Shown here: piece by piece, positions 41,966-51,420 of the stretch
Numbering within the stretch: position 1 is the stretch's first letter
Layout of the letters: the number at the start of each line of letters is the position of its first letter
Assembly: GCA_963702475.1 (NCBI GenBank)
Contig: CAVPCT010000002.1
Location: 128,001-192,000 of the forward strand
Source of the DNA: an uncultured Thermoleophilia bacterium
GTDB lineage: Bacteria; Actinomycetota; Thermoleophilia; UBA2241
DNA length: 64,000 nt
Direction: 5' to 3'
Notes under the pieces: generated by a model
What the model was told of the DNA's origin: nothing
What the model saw: only the letters and a program-made list of their open reading frames with translations
The model's database searches: none
Made by a program: the position numbers and the translations under genes

Positions 41966-44350
41966 GTGCTCCGTCGCGTCGCGCCGCCTCACCTCCTTCT
42001 GGCCGGGTATTGCGCCGGTCTGTGTCTGGCACTCGTTGGGGCAGCGCCGCTGTGGGCGCTGCTCCTCCTGTTCGTGGCGCCGGCGGCCGGCCTGGCGTTC
42101 TGCGCGTGGGGCTGTTCGAGGGAGGGGTCCGGACCCGCATGGCTCGCGGGCGTCCCTCTCCTGCTGGTCGTGCTCTTCCTCGCAGCCGGGCTCGCGGTGG
42201 GCGCCGCCCGCCTGGCATCGCTGGGCGGCAGCGAGCTGGCCGGCTTCGTCGGGCGCACGGTCGGGCTCACGGCGGTGGTCACCGACCTGCCGGCCGTGAA
42301 AGAGGACACCGCGACCTTTGCTCTCGCCGTCGAGTCCTTGGACGGGCGAGAGGTCGGCGAGCCGGCCCACCTGCGCCTGCGTCTCGCGGAGGGGCAGACG
42401 ATGCCCGCCGGGTCCACCGGACCACTGGTCGAGGGCATGCGGGTGACCGTGGACCACGTGCACGTGGAGGGCCTGCCCGCGCCGCGGCCCGGCGCGTTCG
42501 ACTACGGCCGCTACCTGCGGCGCAGAGGCGAGCACGTCATCCTCGAGGCGGATGCGGCGGACCTCCGCCTGGCCGGGCGGCGCGGCGGGCTGCAGGGCGC
42601 CGTCGACAGCCTGCGCGAGGCGTCCCGGTCCCATCTGCGGCAGGGCCTGCACGGAGTGGTGGCCGAGGTCCTGCAGGGCATGGTGCTCGGGGACGACGAG
42701 GGGGTCGACCAGGCGGCGATCGACGACTTCCGGCGAAGCGGGCTGCTGCACATCATGGCCGTGTCCGGTGAGAACGTCGTGCTGCTGTGCAGCATGTGGG
42801 CCTTCGTCTTCTCGCTCCTGGGCATCCCGCGGCTGGTGCGGACGGCGCTGTTGGTGCCCGTCGTGCTCGTCTACGTGGTGCTCACGGGGGCGTCACCCTC
42901 GATCGTGCGCGCCGGCATCTCCGGAGTGGTGGGGCTGCTGGCAGTCATGGCCTCGCGGCCGGCCGACGGCTGGCTGCTCTGGCTCCTGCCGGCGGCCTGG
43001 CTGCTCACGCTCAACCCCAGCAACCTGTACGACGTCAGCTTCCAGCTGTCGTTCGGTGCGGTGGCCGGGCTCCTCGTCCTGGCGCGTCCGCTCACGCGGC
43101 TCTTCCGCTGGCTGCCTGGGCCGCTGCCCGAGCAGGCCGGGGTCACGACCGCGGCGAGCCTCTCCACCGCACCGGTCTCCATGCTCACCTTCGGGTCGGC
43201 TTCGATCGTGAGCGTGCCCGCCAACCTCCTGGGGGGCTTCGTCCTCGGTCCGATCATGTTCCTCGGGATGCTCTCCCTGCTGGTCGGGTCCGTGGCGAGC
43301 TGGGCCTCAGCGCCGCTCAACGTGGTCGCGGGGCTGTTCATCGGCTTCCTGCTCGAGGTGGCACACAGGTTCGCCGCTCTACCGTGGGCGGTGTTCGAGT
43401 GGCAGGGTCTGTCGCTGCGGCTGCTGCTGGTGGTCGCCGCAATCGCCGAGCTCGCCGTACTGTGGGTGCTGGCCGGACGGGCCGGCGTGGGCCTGCGCGC
43501 GTTCGTTGGCGCTCCAGGGCGGCGCTGGCATGTGGTGACGGCCACGGCCGGGCTGCTGGCGGCCGTGCTGCTGCTGGCGCCCGCCCCGGCAGCGGCGCCT
43601 CAGCGGCCGACGCTCACGTTCCTGGACGTCGGTGAGGGCGCGGCCACACTGCTGCAGGTGCCGGCCGGCCCAACGGTGCTCGTGGACGCGGGCCCGGCTC
43701 CGCTGGCTCGCACGCTGCGCGAGCACGCGGTCGAAGCCGTCGATCTCCTGATCCTCTCGCACGGGCACGACGACCACGTGGCAGGGTTGGAGGACGTCGT
43801 AGGCAGCGTCCCCGTGAAGGTCGCCGTGTTGCCCGCTCCGGAAGTACGCTCGTCAGCGCTCGACGACATCGAGGCCAGACTCCGGGCGGAGGGCGCCGAC
43901 GTACGCCGGTGCGATGGGGAGCTGCGGATACCCGGTGAGGGGTGGAGTCTCGCGCTTCTCCCGAGCGATCCGGTGGGTGCGGTGGACCAGAACCAGAGGG
44001 AGAACGACGACGCCCTGGTCGTGATCGTGGAGCTCGACGGTCAGCGGGTGCTTCTCCCGGGTGACGCGGAGGGGCCGGCGCTGGCGGCCCTCGACCTGCC
44101 GGCGTGCACGGTGGTCGGCGTCCCGCATCACGGGAGCGCGGGCGGCTTCGACGCCGCGCTCCTGAGTGAGCTCTCACCGCGCTTGGCGGTCGTTCCGGTA
44201 GGGCCCAACCGGCACGGGCACCCGAGCGCGGAGACCCTCAGCCTGCTCGCGGCCGCCGGCGTGCCGTGCGCGCGGACCGACGAGCGAGGGGATGTGGTGC
44301 TCACGGCCGATGGCGGGCAGCTCGCCGTGGTCACGGAGCGCCGCGGCTGA
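41966..44350 (+). CDS. comEC: Competence channel ComEC/Rec2
   Basis: FDYGRYL, GLLHIMAVSGEN, SIVRAG, SFQLSF, MBL domain (LDVGEG, SHGHDDH, HHGS). Confidence 0.94.
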   Translation: MLRRVAPPHLLLAGYCAGLCLALVGAAPLWALLLLFVAPAAGLAFCAWGCSREGSGPAWLAGVPLLLVVLFLAAGLAVGAARLASLGGSELAGFVGRTVGLTAVVTDLPAVKEDTATFALAVESLDGREVGEPAHLRLRLAEGQTMPAGSTGPLVEGMRVTVDHVHVEGLPAPRPGAFDYGRYLRRRGEHVILEADAADLRLAGRRGGLQGAVDSLREASRSHLRQGLHGVVAEVLQGMVLGDDEGVDQAAIDDFRRSGLLHIMAVSGENVVLLCSMWAFVFSLLGIPRLVRTALLVPVVLVYVVLTGASPSIVRAGISGVVGLLAVMASRPADGWLLWLLPAAWLLTLNPSNLYDVSFQLSFGAVAGLLVLARPLTRLFRWLPGPLPEQAGVTTAASLSTAPVSMLTFGSASIVSVPANLLGGFVLGPIMFLGMLSLLVGSVASWASAPLNVVAGLFIGFLLEVAHRFAALPWAVFEWQGLSLRLLLVVAAIAELAVLWVLAGRAGVGLRAFVGAPGRRWHVVTATAGLLAAVLLLAPAPAAAPQRPTLTFLDVGEGAATLLQVPAGPTVLVDAGPAPLARTLREHAVEAVDLLILSHGHDDHVAGLEDVVGSVPVKVAVLPAPEVRSSALDDIEARLRAEGADVRRCDGELRIPGEGWSLALLPSDPVGAVDQNQRENDDALVVIVELDGQRVLLPGDAEGPALAALDLPACTVVGVPHHGSAGGFDAALLSELSPRLAVVPVGPNRHGHPSAETLSLLAAAGVPCARTDERGDVVLTADGGQLAVVTERRG

Positions 44351-44412
44351 CGGCGGCTCGCGGCCGCTGCGCCCGCGGGGCTGCCGGCTCGGTGACCGCG
44401 GCGCCGAGGGCG

Positions 44413-45180
44413 TCAGAGCTCCTTGCGCCTGAACACGTACACGGCGGCGACCACGAAGAGCGCTGCCAGCGCGAGTGTGGTCGCCAGTGGTACGGCCAGG
44501 GCGACGTCGCGGCCCGCGATGAGCGCATCGTTGGACGCGAGGATCCCGGCCGGCGTGCGGTCCTTGACGGCGGGGAAGCCCGTCAGGACGAACAGCGTCA
44601 CGTACGCGCCGATGCCGATGCCTGCCGCCGTGGCCTGGCGGCCGGTGGCGGCCGACAGCAGCACCATGAGAGTGACGAACATCGCGGCCAGCGCCAGCCA
44701 GAGCCCCACGGACTCGAGGAACGGCACGATGCCTTGGGTGTCGAACAGGGCCACCGTGACGGCGATGCACAGAGCCGTGCCGGCCGCCGTGGCCAGCAGC
44801 AGGAGGAGGAGACCGGAGGCGGCCTTGGCCGTGACGAAGGCGCCGCGGGACAGCGGTTTGGTGAGCACCAGCACCGAAGTGCCGGCCCGGTGCTCGGCCG
44901 CCACCGACGCGGCGCCCGTGATGATGATGACCAGCAGGGCGAGCTGCGCGAGGTTGCCGAGGAACTGCAGGTACGCATCGGCCGCCTCCGGCGCCGGGTA
45001 CTCGATAGTCACGCCCGGCGTGCGGCTGGCCGTCATCTCGAGCAGCGCCGGTGTGGCGGCGGCGAGCACGGGCGTGCCGACGCCGAGAAAGACGAACACC
45101 CCGCCGAGCACCCAGAGACGCCACGTTTTGCGCGTCTCCAGCAGCTCCTTGCGCAGAAAGGAGGCGAATCCGCTCATCAT
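44413..45180 (-). CDS. ABC-2 type permease (YxlG-like)
   Basis: KELLE...TWR, 6 TM, EHRAGT...TKPLSR...AK. Confidence 0.85.
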   Translation of the reverse strand: MMSGFASFLRKELLETRKTWRLWVLGGVFVFLGVGTPVLAAATPALLEMTASRTPGVTIEYPAPEAADAYLQFLGNLAQLALLVIIITGAASVAAEHRAGTSVLVLTKPLSRGAFVTAKAASGLLLLLLATAAGTALCIAVTVALFDTQGIVPFLESVGLWLALAAMFVTLMVLLSAATGRQATAAGIGIGAYVTLFVLTGFPAVKDRTPAGILASNDALIAGRDVALAVPLATTLALAALFVVAAVYVFRRKEL

Positions 45181-45193
45181 CCTGCCTCGCCGT

Positions 45194-46498
45194 TCACGTG
45201 GCGGCCTCCCCGACCAGGTCGACGAAGACCTCTTCCAGAGAGACCTCGGCGGCCTCGAAGCGCCGCAGGGCCAGCCGCCGCTCCGCGACCAGGGCCGGCA
45301 CGTCGCGGAAGGCCGCCTCCAGGTCGGTCACCTCGACCTGGAGCTCGCGTGCCTCGAGGACGACGTGCGTGACCCAGGCGGCCGAGCTGAGCGCATCGCG
45401 AAGGCTCGCCGGGTCGTCCACCTCGATGAGGACGCGGTGGGCGCCGCCATGCCGCGCTTTGAGGTCCTCCATGGTGGCCTGTTCCACCACGCGGCCGTGC
45501 GCCAGTATGGCGACCGCGTCGCACACGCGTTCCACGTCGGCGAGGATGTGCGTGGAGAAGAACACGGTCGTGGCGCCGGCGAGCGTGCCGATCATCTCCA
45601 GGACCTCGCGCCGGCCGATGGGATCGAGTGCACTGGTCGGTTCGTCGAGGAGGAGCACTCGCGGTCCGTTGATGAGCGCCTGGGCGACGCCGAGGCGCTG
45701 CTTCATGCCGCGGGAGTAGCCGCCGACCTTGGTCGTCACGGCGGCGAGGCCGGCGAGGTCGAGCAGCGCGTCCACCCGCTCGCGCAGAGCCGAGCCGGAG
45801 AGCCCGAACAGGCGGCCGGAGAGCTCGAGGTACTCGGCCGCCGTCATCCACTTGTAGAAGCCCGGCACGTCGGGCAGGTAGCCGATGACGCGGTGCACGG
45901 CGTCGGCGTCTCGGGTCACATCGTGCCCCAGTATCCGGGCGCCGCCGGAGGTGGGGTGAGCCAGACCGGCGAGGATGCGCAGTGTGGTCGTCTTGCCGGC
46001 TCCGTTGGGCCCGAGGAAGCCGAACACCGAGCCTTCAGGCACGGTGAGGGTCACGCCGTCCAGGGCGCGGGACTTCCCGTACTGCTTGGTGAGGCCGTCG
46101 ATCACGACGGCCGGCGCTGCCGAGTGGGCCGCGCCCGCCGCGCCTCGGGCAAGCTCCGCGCTCTCCAGGGCGGCGCCCCGGCCATCGCCCGCGGGTGCGC
46201 TCTCGTACAGCAGCGCCGTGGCGGTCAGCGTCCTGTCCCGCGTCTCCGTGTCGGGGACGGCCTCCGGCTCGGCGGCCGGCGCGGATTCGCGGCCGATGGC
46301 CAGGTAGATGATCGAGCCCGGGATGGTGAACAGCACCACGAGGAGGATCCACACCCACCTGCGGTCGCCCAGTACCGCCGGCCTGCGCACGATGTCGACG
46401 ATGCAGAACACGGCCAGCACGACCTCGGCGATGCCGAGGACGACGAGTGCGACGAGTGCCCCCGAGGGGAGCACGACATCAGCACCCAGGAGTCCCAC
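45194..46498 (-). CDS. ABC ATP-binding protein (YxlF-like) with a fused N-terminal PLDc_N/YxlE-like 2-TM domain
   Basis: N-terminal FCIVDIVRR...WVWILLVVLFTIPGSIIYLAIGR; GPNGAGKTT, YSRGMKQR, LLDEPT, STH. Confidence 0.88.
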   Translation of the reverse strand: MGLLGADVVLPSGALVALVVLGIAEVVLAVFCIVDIVRRPAVLGDRRWVWILLVVLFTIPGSIIYLAIGRESAPAAEPEAVPDTETRDRTLTATALLYESAPAGDGRGAALESAELARGAAGAAHSAAPAVVIDGLTKQYGKSRALDGVTLTVPEGSVFGFLGPNGAGKTTTLRILAGLAHPTSGGARILGHDVTRDADAVHRVIGYLPDVPGFYKWMTAAEYLELSGRLFGLSGSALRERVDALLDLAGLAAVTTKVGGYSRGMKQRLGVAQALINGPRVLLLDEPTSALDPIGRREVLEMIGTLAGATTVFFSTHILADVERVCDAVAILAHGRVVEQATMEDLKARHGGAHRVLIEVDDPASLRDALSSAAWVTHVVLEARELQVEVTDLEAAFRDVPALVAERRLALRRFEAAEVSLEEVFVDLVGEAAT

Positions 46499-46665
46499 GC
46501 GTCGCCTTCCTTCTCTGTGGTCGCCGGTGGGGCAAGCCTAGCATGCGCCGGGCCGCCGCCCCGAGGGCGGCGGCCCGGCTTGCGCGCGTGCGGTTGGGCG
46601 GCGGCTCAGGCAGCGGGCGATCGGTCCGGGTCATGCCCGGGCGCGACGGCCCACCGGCCGGTAGT

Positions 46666-48792
46666 TCACTTCACGACCCGGTACGGCCGCATCATCTCGT
46701 TGTCCTCGTGCTCGATGATGTGACAGTGCCACACGAACAGCCCCGCGATGTCGAACCGTGCCTTGATGCGCGTGATCTCACCCGGATACGCGATGACGGT
46801 GTCCTTGTAACCGACCTCCCACGGCTCGGGCTGGAGCACTGCTCCCACGCCCATGTCCGCGTGCGGCGACGACTCGAGATCGACCACCTCCCGGCTCACC
46901 ACCTGGAACTGCACGAGGTGCACGTGGATGGGGTGCGCGTCGGCCGTGAAGTTGTGGAAGGCCCACTGCTCCACCTGGCCCCTCTTGACCGTCTCGGAGA
47001 CCGGGTCCATCCAATTCATCGGGTGCGCGGTCCCCGTTGCCGCGTCATAGGTGCCGAGGAGCGCTTCCTGCGGGCCGAATGGCTCGCCGTCCGCGTCGTA
47101 CACGACGTTGCCGTCCTGCTCGTCAACGTTCACGCTCATCGACATCATCTCATTCAGGCTGAGATCGCGGCTCTTGACCGGCGCCGGCAGGTCGGTGAGC
47201 TCGGGAAGCCTGAGCTTGGCCGGCCGGACGCTCGTATCGTCGCCCTGGCGCGCCACCACGCGGAACTGCATCACCTGGCCGGTGCTGCCTGGGTCGGCCG
47301 GGGCGAACGCCTCGCCGACCTCACCGCCGCCGAACGGCTCGTCGGGACCAAGGTTCTGCAGCACGATGCGCGTGCCTGCGGGGACGTTGGTGAAGTCCAC
47401 GATGACATCGGCGCGCTCTGCCGGACCGAGCAGCAGTTCGGTGAGGCGCACGGGGTTGGGCAGGAACCCTCCCTCGGTGCCGATCTGCCAGAACGGCAGG
47501 TCGTTCTCCATCTTGAGGATGAGGAACCGCGACTGTGTGCCGTTCAGCAGACGCAGCCGGTACCGCTGCTGCTCGACCTGCAGGTAGGGCCACGTGCGGC
47601 CGTTGACGACCATGGTGTTGCCGAAGAACTCGGGGTTCCACATGGGCGAGATGTCGCTCATGTGGTGCCCCCCGGGGACCATGTCCGGGATGAACGGGAT
47701 GTTCAGCACCCCGGCCTCAGGGAACTGCTTGGGGTCCTGGCCAACGGGGTTGAGGCCCTCGAAGAAGGCGCGGTTGTCGGGATAGAACAGCGAGCCGTCG
47801 GCGTTGAACGAGCGGTCCTGGATGGCGATGGGGATCTCCCGGTACTCGACCCCGGCGGCGTCGCCGCGCTGCGGCGCGGGACCGGGAAGGGTCCCTGCCT
47901 TCGTATCGTCTGGGCCGCCGCGGAGCAGGTAGAAGCCGGCGGGTCCGGCGTACACGTTGACGCGCGTCATTCCCAGCGAGTGGTCGTGGTACCAGAGCGT
48001 GGTCGCGCGCTGGTCGTTGGGATACTGGAAGACGGCCGTGCCCGGTTGCCACGCGACTCCCAGACGCTTCTCGGCGGCCTGTTTGAACTGGTCGTAGAAC
48101 ATGCCGCCGGTGGCGAAGCCGGCCGGGATGTTCTTGGCGGCCGGAAGGTACCAGGCCTCAGGATAGCCGTCGCTGTCTTCCGTTGTGTGGGCGCCGTGCA
48201 CGTGCGTCACGATCGGCACCGGTCCGGTGTACGGCTCCGCGCTGTGGCCGTGCGTGTCGGTGTTCCCGGGACCGCCTCCCGGGTTCGCCCAGTGCAGTGT
48301 CTGGTCGACCGGCAGGAGGTGCGGCAGGTAGTTGCCGTTGGCGTCGACCAGGCCGTTGATCCACTTCACGCGCACGGGGCGCTTGTGGGTGGCCTCGATG
48401 GTGAGCGCCGGGTAGTTGAGGGTGCCGCCGTCGGCGGCGGGTCGAGAGTCCTTGGCCGATGCGTAGCTCCACACTGTGGTCGGACCGACGTTGTTGGCCG
48501 TGGACCAGGACTTGGGCAGGATGTACTGCCGGAACTGTTTCACGGTGATCTCGTAGTAGTCGATCTTCTTGCCGTTCACCTTGGGCGTTCCGCTCAGCGG
48601 CATCGCCGGCGGGATCACCAGGGGCTCCACGTACTTCGGGATGGTCCTTGGGTCCAGTGACCCCCCGGCAACAGGTTCGGGCTCGGTCTCGTCGGCGATG
48701 ACCAGGGGCGCCACGACGAGTGCGAGAGCCAGTGCGAAGATGGCGACTGCACCCGCCCCGTAGGTGCGCAAACCGCGGAAGCGTCGGTTCAT
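46666..48792 (-). CDS. Secreted three-domain multicopper oxidase (CotA/bilirubin oxidase-like)
   Basis: Signal peptide (MNRRF...); Cu motifs THVHG, WYHDH, HPIHVH, HCHIIEHEDNEMM. Confidence 0.94.
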   Translation of the reverse strand: MNRRFRGLRTYGAGAVAIFALALALVVAPLVIADETEPEPVAGGSLDPRTIPKYVEPLVIPPAMPLSGTPKVNGKKIDYYEITVKQFRQYILPKSWSTANNVGPTTVWSYASAKDSRPAADGGTLNYPALTIEATHKRPVRVKWINGLVDANGNYLPHLLPVDQTLHWANPGGGPGNTDTHGHSAEPYTGPVPIVTHVHGAHTTEDSDGYPEAWYLPAAKNIPAGFATGGMFYDQFKQAAEKRLGVAWQPGTAVFQYPNDQRATTLWYHDHSLGMTRVNVYAGPAGFYLLRGGPDDTKAGTLPGPAPQRGDAAGVEYREIPIAIQDRSFNADGSLFYPDNRAFFEGLNPVGQDPKQFPEAGVLNIPFIPDMVPGGHHMSDISPMWNPEFFGNTMVVNGRTWPYLQVEQQRYRLRLLNGTQSRFLILKMENDLPFWQIGTEGGFLPNPVRLTELLLGPAERADVIVDFTNVPAGTRIVLQNLGPDEPFGGGEVGEAFAPADPGSTGQVMQFRVVARQGDDTSVRPAKLRLPELTDLPAPVKSRDLSLNEMMSMSVNVDEQDGNVVYDADGEPFGPQEALLGTYDAATGTAHPMNWMDPVSETVKRGQVEQWAFHNFTADAHPIHVHLVQFQVVSREVVDLESSPHADMGVGAVLQPEPWEVGYKDTVIAYPGEITRIKARFDIAGLFVWHCHIIEHEDNEMMRPYRVVK

Positions 48793-48887
48793 GGTCTTTC
48801 TCCCCTCTCCGTCTCACCGCCGTATCCCCCGTCGGTGAGCTTCTCCACGCGCAGCTGTGGACTTTGCCGCCACTATCCCCGCGTGGT

Positions 48888-48912
48888 TATCCCGACTAAA
48901 CAGGTTGGGATT
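48888..48912. promoter_or_regulatory. Palindromic candidate Rrf2/IscR-type operator between the multicopper oxidase and holA
   Basis: TATCCCGACTAAACAGGTTGGGATT = ATCCCRAC-N7-GTYGGGAT. Confidence 0.5.
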
Positions 48913-48961
48913 GTCGCAACGGGCTTCGAGACCGGGGATGTCGTGCTATCCTTCGCTCGCT

Positions 48962-50020
48962 GTGACCGATCCCAAGCCCCTCGATCCCGTGTACCTCATC
49001 GTCGGCAACGACCGGCCCAAGGTGCGTCGTGCTCTGCGGCGCCTGCGCGACAGGGCGGTGAGGGAGAGCGGCAGCGACATCAACGTGACGGCGGTAGAGG
49101 TCGAGGGCGGGCCGCGGGCGCCGGAGGCGCTGCGTGCCGTGCTCGACGCGGCCGCCACTCCGGGGCTCGCACTGGGCGCGCGCGTGATCATCGTCACCGG
49201 CGTGCACCACTTCCGCGTCGCCGAGCGCAAGCAGGTCGTCGCCTACATCCAGGACCCGACGCCCGAGACGACCCTGGCGCTGGAGGCGGAGAAGCTGGCC
49301 AAGGACGACGCGCTCTACAAGGCGGTGCAGAAGCACGGGCAGGTGCTCGCGTACGACCTCCCCAAGAAGTACGAGATGGCCGGCTGGGTGCGCAAGGTGG
49401 CGGCCGGCAAGAACGTCACGCTGGGCCAGGCCGCGGCCCGCCATCTCCTCGACCTCTGCGGCGAGGACCCGTCGCACGCCGAGCGGCTCGAGCGAGAGAT
49501 GGAGAAACTCTCCGCCTACTGTCGCGGCGGGGAGGCCACTGTGCAGGACGTCGACGCCGTGTGCGTGCCCGACGACGAGGTGCGCATCTACGAGCTGACG
49601 GACGCCGTCGGACGCGGCGAGAGAGAGAAGGCGTTCGCCCTGCTGGAGACGATCTACGCCGCCGGCAACCCGAAGGAAGACGCCAACTCGGTGTTCTATG
49701 CACTGCGCCGGCACATCGGTGTGCTCGCCCAGGCCGCCAGTCTGGGGCACACGGACCAGACCACGGCGGCGAGACAGCTGGGGGTGCAGCCGTTCAGGGC
49801 GGGCAAGCTGCTCGAGCAGAGCCGCCTGTTCGATGCACGTCGCCTCAGAAGGGCCTACAGAGCGTTGGCCGCGGCCGAGGTCGGCCTGCGCGGCAGGGCG
49901 CCGGCCACCCTGGAGACCGCGGCCGGCGTCAACAACAGCGACCGTCTCGTGGTGGAGCTGGCGCTGGCCCGTCTGCTCCAGGATCCGGAGCACGGGGCCA
50001 GGAGAGCGCAGTCCGGCTGA
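48962..50020 (+). CDS. holA: DNA polymerase III delta subunit
   Basis: PVYLIVGND, LEREMEKLSAY, IYELTDAV; canonical position between comEC and rpsT. Confidence 0.9.
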   Translation: MTDPKPLDPVYLIVGNDRPKVRRALRRLRDRAVRESGSDINVTAVEVEGGPRAPEALRAVLDAAATPGLALGARVIIVTGVHHFRVAERKQVVAYIQDPTPETTLALEAEKLAKDDALYKAVQKHGQVLAYDLPKKYEMAGWVRKVAAGKNVTLGQAAARHLLDLCGEDPSHAERLEREMEKLSAYCRGGEATVQDVDAVCVPDDEVRIYELTDAVGRGEREKAFALLETIYAAGNPKEDANSVFYALRRHIGVLAQAASLGHTDQTTAARQLGVQPFRAGKLLEQSRLFDARRLRRAYRALAAAEVGLRGRAPATLETAAGVNNSDRLVVELALARLLQDPEHGARRAQSG

Positions 50021-50122
50021 CGGCCGCGGACCGGGCCGTGACGGTCCGCGCACGCAGCGAGACGGCGGGGCGGGCGGGCCATCGGCCCGCCCGCCCCGCC
50101 GTCTCAGCGCTTCAGTTCCCGC

Positions 50123-50386
50123 TCAGCCGAGCTGCGCCAGCGTGTTCGCGACGCGACTCTTCTTGTGGGCGGCGTTGTTCTTGTGCAGGACGCCCTTGGC
50201 CGCGGCCTTGTCGATGCGCGAGGTGAGGAACGTCGCGGTGGCGCGGGCCTCGTCGGCCTGGTTCTCGGCGACCTGGTCCTCCAGATGCTTGAACAGCGTC
50301 TTGAGCGTCGACTTGGTATGGCGGTTGCGCAGCCGCTGCTTGGCGGCCAGGCGGATGCGCTTCTTCTGCTGCTTGATGTTGGCCAC
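50123..50386 (-). CDS. rpsT: 30S ribosomal protein S20
   Basis: MANIKQQKKR, IDKAAAKGVLHKNNAAHKKSR. Confidence 0.97.
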   Translation of the reverse strand: MANIKQQKKRIRLAAKQRLRNRHTKSTLKTLFKHLEDQVAENQADEARATATFLTSRIDKAAAKGVLHKNNAAHKKSRVANTLAQLG

Positions 50387-50648
50387 GTGATCCCTTTTCT
50401 CAGGCTAGCGTCGTGACGGTTCCAGGTGCAGTGGGGCTGCGTCCGGACGCGCGATGCTATCACGCGCGCCGGAGATGGGGCAAACGCGCGTGGGGGAGGC
50501 GGCCGCGCGCGCCGCTGTGACACGGTGGTCAGGAACGTCCAGAGAACCACCCCATCGGGGTGAGGCACGCGTTCGCTTGCCGGGAGTACGGTGGCTGCAG
50601 GACGGGACACCGTCTCCCACGGGGAGCCGAACAGACGGGGTGGGGACC

Positions 50649-51302
50649 ATGGGACATCTGCGTAGGGTCGAAGCGTGTGCCGCAGCGGGAGCCGCCCTGA
50701 TCATCGTCGCCGTGGCGCTCACGCTGGCCGGGTGCGGTAGCCTGTCGGTCCCGGTGTTTCCCCCGCCGCCGACGTCGCTGCCCCCGTGGCCGTCCGGGGC
50801 AAGCCCCAGCCCGGCCGTGGCGTATCCGGTGCAGACCGCGACCATCGGAGGCACGCGCGCCGGGTGTGAGGGCTGGAGGTTCAAACCTACGGTGGACATC
50901 GAGGTCTCGGCCCTCGGCTTCTACGACGACGGACGGGACGGGCTCAGGAGCCCGCACCGTACGGCGATCCTCGACGCCGCTTCCGAGAAGACCGTCGTCG
51001 AGACCGTCGTCCAGGGCGGCAGCCCGCTCGAGGGGGCCTTCCGCTGGGAGTCAGTTGGACCCGTCGTCCTGGAGGCCGGGCACGAGTACGCGATGGTGTG
51101 GGACTGTCCCGCACCCGGCGACCCCCAGGTCCTGAACCCCGAAGACGCCTCCCTCGCGCTCGAGCTGCGCTACCTCGGCTACGGGGAGACCGCGAAGAGC
51201 GGACCGGCCTGGGGCCGCCCGGAGACCGGTGTGGAGAACGCCGTCCTCGCCGGCAACTTCAAGTACAGACCGGTGGCGGCCTCGAGCCCGTCGACCCAGT
51301 AG
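50649..51302 (+). CDS. Lipoprotein with a DUF4082-like beta-sandwich domain
   Basis: Lipobox LAGC, Pro-rich linker, GWRF.PTVDIEVSALGFYD...FRW...PVVLEAGHEY. Confidence 0.7.
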   Translation: MGHLRRVEACAAAGAALIIVAVALTLAGCGSLSVPVFPPPPTSLPPWPSGASPSPAVAYPVQTATIGGTRAGCEGWRFKPTVDIEVSALGFYDDGRDGLRSPHRTAILDAASEKTVVETVVQGGSPLEGAFRWESVGPVVLEAGHEYAMVWDCPAPGDPQVLNPEDASLALELRYLGYGETAKSGPAWGRPETGVENAVLAGNFKYRPVAASSPSTQ

Positions 51303-51420
51303 TCACGGACTCGGGGCCGCTCCTTTCGCGGCGTCGATGCGGCCGATGTGGCAGCGGGGCCGACTACCGCGTGCTTGATGAGACAGCATCGGCGCGACGG
51401 GCGCGGACCGAGTCGGCCGT

